NCBI RefSeq assembly: GCF_009914755.1
Contig: NC_060947.1
Direction: 5' to 3' (one strand)
Source: the human T2T-CHM13v2.0 reference genome, Homo sapiens
Length of the DNA stretch: 64,000 nucleotides
Shown here: positions 11,687-22,400 of the stretch, piece after piece
Layout of the letters: every line of letters starts with the position of its first letter
Numbering within the stretch: the stretch's first letter is position 1
The notes under the pieces: model-generated
The model's input: only the letters and a program-made list of their open reading frames with translations
What the model was told of the DNA's origin: nothing
Database searches by the model: none
Program-made: the position numbers and the translations under genes

Positions 11687-11733
11687 ATGGATCTATTCGA
11701 CTTTTTCAGAGACTGGGACTTGGAGCAGCAGTG
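11687..11733 (+). CDS. AFF2: AFF2/FMR2 coding part of exon 1 (47 nt, phase-2 junction); CDS continues in exon 2 beyond the window
   Basis: gctATGG strong Kozak. Translates MDLFDFFRDWDLEQQ(C), recognised as the human AFF2 N-terminus. Followed by donor TG|gtaggt at 11734. Lies in a CpG island downstream of a GCC repeat, as known for FRAXE. Confidence 0.96.
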
Positions 11734-14700
11734 GTAGGTGTTGATTTTTGCCTTCTCCTTTGATGAGCGAGTCTCCTGGCGAAGTCTGAGGTTTTCGCCT
11801 TTGTTAAGAGGAGCTGAAGCTGTCGTGGGGGGCGCCCCGGACTCCCTCCCACTTGCTCTCAGCCACCTCTGGCCCCGGCCGCGCTGACTCCTAGGTCGGA
11901 TGCCGGGGTGGGGGGAGGTGCGGGAAGAGGGAGGGATGCGGACCCGAAAGCGTCGCTTTGCGCTCCAAGTCTAAAGAGTTGCATTTGGCTCACATCGAAT
12001 TCGGTGCCGCCCGAGGGCTGAACCGCACGACCTCCCAGGAGCTTTTCTCTCGGAGCGGCTTGCCGGTCTGGCCTCCTTGAGCCCCGGATGCCGCCCGCCC
12101 GAAATGTCTCAACTTTCCAGGTGCCCAACGCCCGCGGCGGGCCATGGGGGAAAGGCAACGGCCAGGTGCGGCCAGCAGCCCTCTGCTTCCTTGGTGGCCA
12201 CCGCCCCCGCTGCCGCCACCTCCATCCCTGCGCTGCGCGGCGCGCACACCTTTCCTTCTGCCGACTCAGCCCAAGTTCCCTGCACTCCCGGGTGGAGCAG
12301 CGGCTTTGGGGGCCACCACTCAGGGGACCTTGGTTCGAGGCCGACTTCGGCGCTTGGCTTTCAAGACTGAGGGTTTTCGGAGTTGGCCCCCCAAATCCGC
12401 AGCTCTGATGTCAATGCACATTTAATTACCGGATGGACCCCCTTCGGCCTCCCACTGGGAGGCAGCCGTAGTTTTTTGTAAGGGACCTCCAGCTCAGATT
12501 CAAAGGTTGAGTCAGCTCTTCACAAAATACCCTAAACTTGTCGCTGAGACATTTTGAAAGATGGTAGAAAGGTGACTGGGGACCTGGAAAGTTGTTAACT
12601 CTCTTAGAGATGTGCGTGCGCGTGTGCATAAATACTGATATACATATCTATTAACTTTTCAAAAACTTCACCTACTACAAACATTATCACAGTTTATTTG
12701 TCATAATACTTAAACGTATCAGATTCCCCCCGCAGTCTAAGGAATTAGATGGGGAGGGGGCGCAGTGGTAACCGCTTAAAATTGCATTCTTGGTTATTGC
12801 CTTTTAAAATGTATTTAGAATGATCTGTAGTACCTACCAATAGTGCGAAATCTTTTGCAATGTTAAACTACTAGCGGCCGTTGGTTATGAATGCTGTGTA
12901 TTTTTACAAGGATTTCCCCTGTTGATGTGATATTTTAGGCAATTTCCTTCTTTAAAAAAGGGTCATATGCTTAGCCAACAGCTTCATTATGCCAATCATG
13001 CCTCCTTTAGTTGCAAATCCAAGATAATCAGAACTTAAATACATTTTATTTTACAGCAATTCCGGATAAATCCTTGAAGCGCAAATTATGCTGTATCAGT
13101 ATTAATCTATAAGGCGTTTTGGATACCACGGTTTTATCAGCTCTGTAGAAATACATTGTTACATTAAAAAATGCTGTTATTTGAAAGTAAAAATTACTAT
13201 AAAATTATTGCTCAATTAGATATTATGCTTCTGCACACAGCCTTTACTCTGCTTCACTAATTTATTTTGCAGACAACTGATAACCATAGCACTCTATTTG
13301 CATACAATTTGCCTAATATGTGGTGTGGGTTACATCGTTAATTTAACAGACATTGTTATAATTAATTTCATGGGTATAGTTCAAATGTTAAACATATACA
13401 AGGTATTAGGTTTTTAGAAACATGTTTTTTATATTAATTCCGGTTTAATCTTATGCATATGCAATTGCATATTTAAAGGGAATGGACTCTTTTATGTTTG
13501 ATTTCTTTAAAAAAAATGATAGGCTCCCTCACCCCTGTGGGAGGCTTTCTTTTTCTTATCTTAAGGAAAATGCAAAACCTTTTTTTCCTCCAGATCCCTA
13601 ACTGAGACACATCAGTTAAGAAGCATAGACTTGGACACTTCGTGAATATTATGTGAAATACTGATTAATTAGTGTAACGCATCTGCATAAATAAGCCTGT
13701 CCTTTCCCTCTGTACATGATCCAGGAAAATTTCTCCTTCTTACTGCTCGTGAGTGGCACACTTCGTGATGCATCTCTGTTTATAAACATTTGTAATGTGG
13801 TTGTGCTTTTGTGTTTTGTATAGCTCCACAGAGAAAAGGAACATAAATGTGACAATAGTGGATGAACTAAAAAGCTTGACATTGTCTTGAGTGGAAATTG
13901 GTACCTTTCCCACTTCTCTTTGGAAGTCCAGAGCATGCCAGTTACGTGTTCATTATATGTTTACTTCCATTCCTTGGGAGTAAATAGCTACTTAAAGTGA
14001 TGGCCTCCACTCCCCACGCCCCCAAGCCCCCAGGAGGGCCAAGAAAGGAAAAAAGACCAGCAAAGTTAACGATCTTATTTACCTTGAATTTATTCTTAAC
14101 ATTCACTTATGGAACAGTAAGCTCTGAGCTGTCTCTACTGCAACCCTAGATGTCTGACAATAAATGGATCAGGACAGCTTAAAAACAAACTCATTTTCCT
14201 AGACATAATGAAGAAAGACTTTACATACACAGGCATATGTGTTATTTGCAAACACTTGACTGTAGTAAACAAAAAGTGTGTGCCCATTTATAAACACACA
14301 CATTTGTTAGGGCAAATGCAAATGGAAAGGATGGGGTACTAATGATGCTGCAGTGTGCATGTTATGTGCAGTGTTTTGGAATGCTCACATGCCTAATGGA
14401 ACATACCACTGGATTTCACAAACTGCAAGAATAACTTAATGGGTCATGCTCTGGACTCGATTAAAGGGCCAAAGCTCAAGTTCTTTAAGATTCTTGGATG
14501 AATGAGCAATGTTCACCTGAGTCTGAATTTAATATAAACCATTCTGTGAAAGAAAAAGATGGCACAGATGTCTGTCTGTGTGCATGAAAGACATCACTTG
14601 CTCTTAAAGAAAAAGATAAATTAAAAAAAAATCAAATTTCTTCATTTAAATCATTCCATAGACTTGTTTTTGGTAACCAAGTAAATGAATACTTGAGGTG

Positions 14701-14879
14701 ACTGAAGATCAGGTAATGATGTCATTAATCCCCATTTAAGAGGGAAAAAAAGCAAATTCAGAGGGCCTACAAAATGTACAGCCTTTCAGTTCTGTAAGCA
14801 CCTCCCACCCAGTATTGATTAGGTATTGCTTTGTGACAAGCCAAGGTTCTTTGTGGGGATGCTTACCTTTTCTTCATTG

Positions 14880-14960
14880 GAAGGAAGGAAAGGAAAGAAA
14901 AGAAAGAAAATACAGAAAGGGACACATTCTTAAAAAAAAGAAAAGAAAAGAAAAGAAAAC
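14880..14960 (+). repeat. GA-rich low-complexity tract
   Basis: ggaaggaaggaaaggaaagaaaagaaag...aaaagaaaagaaaag. Confidence 0.8.
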
Positions 14961-16533
14961 CACCGTGATAGCAAAATCAGAACGTTCAAAAGCCTAGTTA
15001 AAATCGTAGTTAAGTGACTGTGACAGTGGCTGGCTTCTCACCGCAAGGGACAGCATCAATTGTTTGTAGTTTTTATGTGATGTCTCACAAATAGCCTAAT
15101 TAGAGGCAAGCTTGCAAACGGGCAGTTATACAGGAAGAGACTTAAACTCACTAAACTGTTATATAAATAGAAAGTTCAAAGGTCTGTGTGGGGCTGTCAA
15201 GGCTGAGAAGGGGCCATGTGCCGGCCAGGCCTCTCCTCCTCCGGTAAAGGCAGCCCCCAGGGCCTGCCCCAGCAGTCCGAACTGCACTTTCCCCAGTTTT
15301 CTTCGACCTTGCGAGGGCGGGGCAGTGCCGGAGAAGGGGCGGGGGGCTGCTTTCTAGACAAAAGTGAACTGTTTCAGCTCCAGCCGGGCATGGCCCATGC
15401 ACTGCAGCAACCCGGCTGCCTCCTCCTGTTCTGTGCGCACAGGTCTTCCGAGGCCTCGTTAGCTACAATCCTCCAGAAGAGCGGAACAGGACTGTTTATG
15501 GATGGGAAGGTGTGGGAGATGGGGGGAACACAACCTTTGCCAACTTGGAGATACTAGGGCTGTGGTGGGGTGGGGGGAGGGGAAGTCCTGTTTTGAATAA
15601 GGCCTAGAGATTCCCAGCATTTCTTGTTCTCTACCTCCATCCATTTATCTTTCCCGTTTTCCCTCTGTGGTCTCTTAAAAGGGAGACTGCCTATGGTCTG
15701 TTTTCTTTGCTAGTACAGTATGCATTCTCCCGTGTGTTTGAGCATTCATTCAACAAACCATTTTAGGTTGTGTTTCTTAAGGGAATGTGTGGGTAGGAGA
15801 AATTTAAGTTGGTGAAATTCACTAGTAAGGTCTCCTCCGCAACTCCCCAAACCCTCCAAAGAATAAAAGCTATCTCAGTACATCTTAAGAGGCACATCTA
15901 TTGGACACGGAAGAAAATTATCTCATGGTAGAAATCAGTTTAATGATACATGAATTGTTTTGCTAATGATTCAGTCAAGCATTTAACAACTTTAAAATAT
16001 ACAAATCAAGGTAGAAAATGACTGCCTGGAAAATGAGTCCATCATTATAGACATGAATGAGATTCCATACATTTAAGCATCCTGTAGATGGATACAAATT
16101 ATATTGTATTTAAACATGCTAATTATTGTTGAATAGAAATGGCTTTAATGTACTAACCTTTAACATGTAATAAATGCCCATGATTCTTAGCTAAGATTAT
16201 TTTTGCATGCAAAATTTGCACTTATTTAACATAATTTCAAAATTGTAGAAGTCCAATGAAATGGCCTTCTCTGGAACAATTTAGAGCTGTGGCCTTAAGA
16301 GCTTGTAACTGTAGGTCATACCTCAAAGCGGAAAACTGCCATATACTTGATTAGCCTGTCACGTAGACAAAACAATTTTTGCTGCAGTGACTGCATTTTT
16401 CACTTGTAATTTTGTTTTTCTTTTTCTGATTGCTGTTGGATAAAGAGAGATTTCAAAAACTTGCTTACTGATAAATGGAAAGAAATGTTACTGATTAAAG
16501 AACTCAAGACCAAACTTGAAGAAACCTTTTTGA

Positions 16534-16539
16534 GTGTGT

Positions 16540-16575
<36 letters not shown>
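16534..16575. repeat. (GT)n microsatellite, ~21 units, one interruption
   Basis: Read directly. Confidence 0.95.
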
Positions 16576-16578
<3 letters not shown>

Positions 16579-16594
16579 CTGTGGTAGAACTCAA

Positions 16595-16815
16595 CATTAT
16601 CATTGCTACTATAATTTGAGTGTTTACTCTGTGCCACAAGCTTGGACTAAATTCTGTAAAGACTCAATTTCGTTTAATCCTTCCAACAACTTTCTGAGAT
16701 AGGACCTGTTATGATCCCTGTTTTACAGATGAAGCAATGAAATCACACAGGTACTCACTCAGTGATGCAATCCAGGTTTCAGCATAGATGGAGCTGACTC
16801 CAGAGCCTGCATCAT
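16595..16815 (-). mobile_element. MIR
   Basis: gagtgtttactctgtgcca...atccctgttttacagatgaagcaatga...tgactccagagcc. Confidence 0.75.
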
Positions 16816-19439
16816 CAACAACTGACGTTTTGTCTGAGCCTTTCCAACATGTGGAATGCTCTTCCACATGCTATCTCATTTGATCATTGTGAGTTAGAAT
16901 GTTCAGGGGTTCTTGCCATTTTATTGAATGGCAAATTCATTCATTTTTTGTGTGGATCCGAATATTTATTTAGCCGTCACTGAAACAAATGGATTGGATT
17001 GTGTATATTGTACTTGTGGAAGAAATCTGTGGAATTACCATGTAATTTGACCAGCCATGGAACTCTGCTTTTTCCTTTTAATTAGAAAGAGAACAGTCTA
17101 TATACTGATACAATCTCTTAGCATGTCATTTATGGATGCCCCCTTCATGAAAATGTGAGAATGGAAAATTATATATATATATATAAAGGAGACAAATCTC
17201 AAGTCCTTGAGAATTGTTCATTTAAATCTGAATGCTCAAATTTTGAAGATTTGATACTTGAACATAAAGAAGACCATGGTATATTTTTTGGCTCATTTGG
17301 AGCCTCAAAACTGGAGGTGGGAAGTTGGTAACATTTCTTTCCAAAGCTTTCTAATCTTACCATATGTATTAATTGATTGGACCCTCACAATAACCTTAAA
17401 GATTTGTTAGGATTGATATTTTAGCTTCATTTTGTAGATAATAAAACGGAAGTTCAGAGAGGTTAAGTTACTTGCCTGAATTTGCACAGTAGGTGAATAG
17501 TCTTAGGATATGTGTTTGTTGCTCTTTTCGCTGCATCACCACTGGTGCATTAAGTTGTTAATATTTAAATATCCACGTTGCTTCCTAGAGAATGGTGTGT
17601 CACCCTCTGGCATCATTTAGCACAGTGTTTTTCCATCAGAGGTACTCAATAAACATCTGTTGATTGATGTTACAGTCACATTCGACTCAAAGACTGTTCC
17701 ATGCAAATGCAGGTCTCTTTCAAGGATAGTTACTTACTAAATCCTAGTGATAATACTGTCCCTCTGCCTGTGTGATTGTATATTAGTTATTTGTAATTCT
17801 TTTCATGTCTCTTAGCCAGTCTGATCTTTTTGCAGAAAATAAAGAGAATAACCAATGGATACAGAAGAAGATTAATAGGAAAAGGCAAAAATAGTATCCA
17901 TGTAATTGGCATGTTTTTAAGAAACAGAATTTCTATGAATTCCAAGATATGTTTAGCCCAAAAGAAAAACAAGAGGAAAGAATATCTTTTAAGGTACAGC
18001 ATTATAGGAATTAACGGACTGGTATTGTGTCTCAATCTGCATTGAGAACATTAATAAAGAATGTGTAACAAAAATCTGAGGAAAACATGAGTGGTCGGAG
18101 GGTTGGGATTCCTCCAGCTTTCCTTGAGTTTCAGTCTTTATGACTTGTATTTCATCATGAGAAGGCTGTTTTTCTACTTAACTGTAGCAGATCCACACCA
18201 TAAATTATCATGACTGTTAAACAAAGGTCCAGCCCTGGGTTCTTCTAATGTAAAACTTTTATGTTACACTTTAATGAAATTTTATATGCATGTTCAAAGC
18301 AAGGCACACTTTACACCGTAGAGAGGGTGATGCACTGAATTGTTGAATTTATTTTGAAGTAAATCTTTTAGATGACCTTAGCGTCTAACATCTACCTACT
18401 TACTGAGCTGAAAAAAAGTTATCTGAGAGCTGAAAAAAATGACATGATTTAAGCAGAGCTGACAATAGCACTATAGCTAGAATGTGATTTTGATTATGGA
18501 TTGCTTACTTTATGGGATGCTGTTTTTCAAACATACCTGTGTATTTTGCTTCATTTGAAAAATAAAATCAGCTAATGTTTCAAAGTAATCTTCGATTTGG
18601 TTCTTCAGTAGGTACGTTCTCTTATATGAAGGTGTAAAAGCCACACTTTGAGGATTAAGCTAAGGAAACAAGCTTTGTTTTCATTACAAAATCAAAATCA
18701 CTCATCTGTTTATTTTTCCAATGCTTCGTTTGTTGGAGAAATAAAAGACATTACTTCCATCCTATGGAGAACAGTTTGTTTTGTTAGATTTCCAAATAAT
18801 AGTTCTCTGCATCATCTACCATCTTCAATGAAAACCAGATCTCAGTAGCAGATACTGGTTCACTTGGTGACCTTTATTAAACCATTTTCCTGGAGTCAGT
18901 TTTTGTGTTTTGTAGGCAACGTATCTCCTGGAAATAAATAGCTTTGAAATGGTTTCTTTTTTGTATAAGTAAAAAATAATATGCTACTTGTTTTGTAGTG
19001 GTGCTGAAATTGAAATCTCAGCTTTAACAATCATTGGAAGAAGTTGTTTGCTAAAATTGTGATGTCTTCTTGGTGTTTGGGTTTCTAGTATGGTTTGATC
19101 AAACCAACCAAGCAGATGGAATGTGTTGTTATAAGGTCATTTTAACCTGTAGACTACGGCAATATGTACATGACAACCTGACTATCTGTTGAACAATGAA
19201 AAATGCAATTACGTAGGCTTTATTTCCCCCTTCAGGATGTCAGCCAACAAATTTTTTAATGAATTAATTTTCCAAAGGACTGATTGTTTTCATGCCAGGT
19301 CGGCACAACCACAGTGACTAAATTAGACTCAGTGTGATGGATGTTTCTGATGAAGTGCCGTGGAGAGGTCTCATCAATTTGCTATTATTTATTTGCTGCC
19401 AAAGTGCTTGGCTTTGGTGTGTAGACGTTAATCAGGTCG

Positions 19440-19750
19440 TAGAAGCTAGAGTTTTAAGGCTGGAGGGCCCCTTTGGATCATGTGATCCAAACTCCTCATT
19501 GTACAGATAAGGAGACTGAGGCCCAGGATGGGAAAATGACTTGCCCAAGGACATCCAGTCAGTAATTGGCAAAGCCGGGTCAGGAGCCCTTGTACCCTGG
19601 TTCAGTGTTTGTCATCTCTCAAGAACTGTTTGTATTGCCTACCTACTCTGTGCCCAACACTCTGCTAGTCAGTCATTTTTAGGGAGAGATGAAAGGACCG
19701 TAGAAGATGACCTCTGGCCTCACAGAATTTACATTGGAAAGTATAATTAG
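19440..19750 (-). mobile_element. MIR followed by L2 fragment
   Basis: cattgtacagataaggagactgaggcccagg...gacttgcccaagg; then tgtattgcctacctactctgtgccc. Confidence 0.7.
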
Positions 19751-22179
19751 AATTAGGGAAATACTATGACATGGACTGTAAGTAAAACAGGAATTCTGGG
19801 AGAGAGAGAGAATGCAAGCTAAGTAGGCAAAACAGTCCTGGTCAAGGCCCATGAAACTCTTATTACTATTAGTGCACTTCAGAGTGAAATGGAAATCCAG
19901 AAATTTTTATTGTTTAGGGGACCCGGAGCATTGAATACTCAACATAAGACAATTGACTTTGGACCCTGAATTATCTGGTTTGACAGTAGCTCACATTCAT
20001 CACATAATTGCCTGAGTCCTCTTTTGCTGTGTGAATGGAGTATTCTCATTAACACAGACCAACATTTGCTGAGGGACAACCACAAAAGTCTCCCAAGAAG
20101 AGCTTTGGAAACATTTGTGCAAACATTCTTCAAAGAAATACCAAATGAAAATGTGTTTTTTTTCTGAAATAATTGAAACAAGTGTTTGTAAATTGGTACA
20201 ATTGCTAGCAAAATGGCCATTTTTCAAAAGAAGGGTATACTGTAGCTCTTGAGATGTTCACAAATACATTGTTTCTTTTGCTCTTTCTCCTTTTCTAAAA
20301 ATATAATTAACTGTTTTGTTTGTTAGGTGTGTACCAACATTTTACCATTAGAATTTCTTTTTTCCTAAAAAGGGAGTTGGTGCCTTCGTACTGTGTGAAT
20401 TGTGTTGACATCTGTGTTTACGATTAGCTGTTTGGCCACCAAGTAATTCTTTGCCTGGCTATGTCATTGTTCAAATCTCAACTCTATCTCTGGGAAGCTG
20501 CTAGTGAGCAGCAGGACCTCCTGCTTCCTCCGTCCCTCAAACTCCCATACTCCTACCCAGTCTGTTCAGATGCCTCTCCTCTGTGCTTTCATACCTTCCT
20601 GAGCTGACTTCCACCTGGGCTGGATCCTGCTTTCTCCCTTCCCCAACTCTTCCCATGCAACTTTGTTGTTGTGAAAGATGAGAATGTGTCTTTTATTTTT
20701 GTGTTCCCAGTCCCTGGCCCAGAATAATAACCTAATGCTGCCAGTTCAGAGTGCAGCATCATTCATTTATTCAGTTCATTCAGGCACTATGCTAGTTCTT
20801 CAAAATATTAAATCTAGCTGAGAAGACCTAAAAACGGTATTAATAGTAATAATTTAAGCTAATAATTACAGGTAACATTTCCTATGTTACAGGTTCTGAT
20901 TTGTGTTATCCGATTTCTCTATTAACAGAGCAGGAAACTGGGACAGAAGGGTTCAGCGACTTGCCCAAGGCCATACTGGTAGTATGTTGCTGAGCTTGAA
21001 TTAATCCACAGGCCATGTGAATCCTTAGCTTCTCTGCTAATCTATAAGGATACCCTAGGATAGATGCTATACTAGTGGCAAGCCCTGCTTGTGCTTGGGC
21101 TCTATAGTAGACTGGGCTAATGAGGACTTTACCACTCATCCTTAGTATTTACAAATTGGGTCTAAGTTCATTATCAAATATGAGGCATGACTTTCCAGAT
21201 ATCTACTCCAACAAGAGACACACAAGTCTGTTCCTCTTTGGTGTAAGTGGCAGATTCTGATCTTGGGAGGAAGGTATACTGGTTCAAAAACCTGAACCTA
21301 ATTCAAACTTGACAAGAATGTGAGCTCATTAAGGGTGGAGAGTTTTGTTGGTTTTATTCACTGCTGACACTGCAATGCTTAGAACAGTGTGTGGTGCACA
21401 GTAGGTGCTCAGTTATTTTTTGGTGAATAGGTAGATGGAATGATAGACAAAAACCTGCTTAATACTTTGTGTGATTAAATTTGTGAAGAGATAGCTCAAG
21501 AGGTGTAAGAATGAGGACCAAGAGAAGTGCTAAAATCACAATGAGCAGACAGGTGGGTACAGGTAGGTGTGTTGCCTTGCCTTCTGTACATACTTTTCTG
21601 AAATAGGATGCTTATAGAAATGTTATAAATTAAATGTTCTTTATGTGCATCTTACTTGCCAGGAATACCGTAGGGAAGTCTTTGTTGATGAGCAAAATCT
21701 CTCCCAAACAGCCCTAAACTTATCAGATTTGTGTACAGCATTTTGAGATTTTAGATTTTTGTGTACAGCATTTTCTTGTCATGAGGTATACCTACATTTA
21801 ATATCTGCAACAGTGCTTTAAGGGTAATTGGGCAGCCTTAAAAAAAAAAGGTGTAGTAACTTGTTACCATCCCTGAATTGTAGCTTTCATCTAGTACAAA
21901 GGGGGGATAACAGACTTCAACATTTGCTGAGTATTTTTCTCCGCGCTTTTGTAACGTTGTCTCCTCTTAGCTAGATGCCCGTTTGCTTAATAGTTCCCGC
22001 TTTGGAGGCTAACCTGGGATTTGAATTTTCCTAACATATATTTTTACATTGAACACATTTTCTATTTATGCCTCTGGAGGATTCAAATTACAATTTCATC
22101 CCAAGGATGTGCAGAAAAGTTTCCACACGTGCTGATTTTAAAGAAATCTATAAGATAATTTGGTAGGGAAAGAGGATTA

Positions 22180-22400
22180 GCATTTACAGAGCATTATGGC
22201 ATATACTTTACAAACATCACCTCATTGAACAAGGACCCTAAAAAATAAGGGTTTTCACCCCCATTTTACAGACAAGAAAGATGAGAATCAGAGGGGTACA
22301 CCCCTAACTTTCTCAAAGTCACATGATTAGCCAACAGCAGAGCCCCAAGTCCAACTCAGGTTTCTTGGGCCCAAAGACCACATCCCTTCTGCTATAACCT
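22180..22400 (-). mobile_element. MIR
   Basis: ccccattttacagacaagaaagatgagaatcagagg...aagtcacatg. Confidence 0.7.

Larger units (their letters stand above)
10500..12450. promoter_or_regulatory. FRAXE CpG island / TATA-less AFF2 promoter, 5'UTR and start of intron 1
   Basis: Very high GC and CpG density versus CpG-depleted flanks. GC boxes (ggggcgggcg ~11077; ctccgcccc ~11156), E-box CACGTG at 10682 (another at 10370 just upstream), EGR-type CGCCCCCGC at 11317 and 12202. Boundaries approximate. Confidence 0.9.

Noticed and set aside
11859-12425. Multiple overlapping ORFs in the intronic part of the CpG island (also 10138-11146)
   Set aside because: Expected from stop-codon depletion in GC-rich DNA; no recognisable domain or splice support.
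16848-16870. Short hairpins such as catgtggaa-N5-ttccacatg (also 40071-40091)
   Set aside because: Stems of 7-9 bp are expected by chance and are too short for a pre-miRNA.
20305-20335. Possible recursive splice site ttgttAG|GTgtgt (similar at ~39520, ~41921, ~56201)
   Set aside because: Reconstituted donors are weak and such AG|GT matches are expected by chance in 52 kb.
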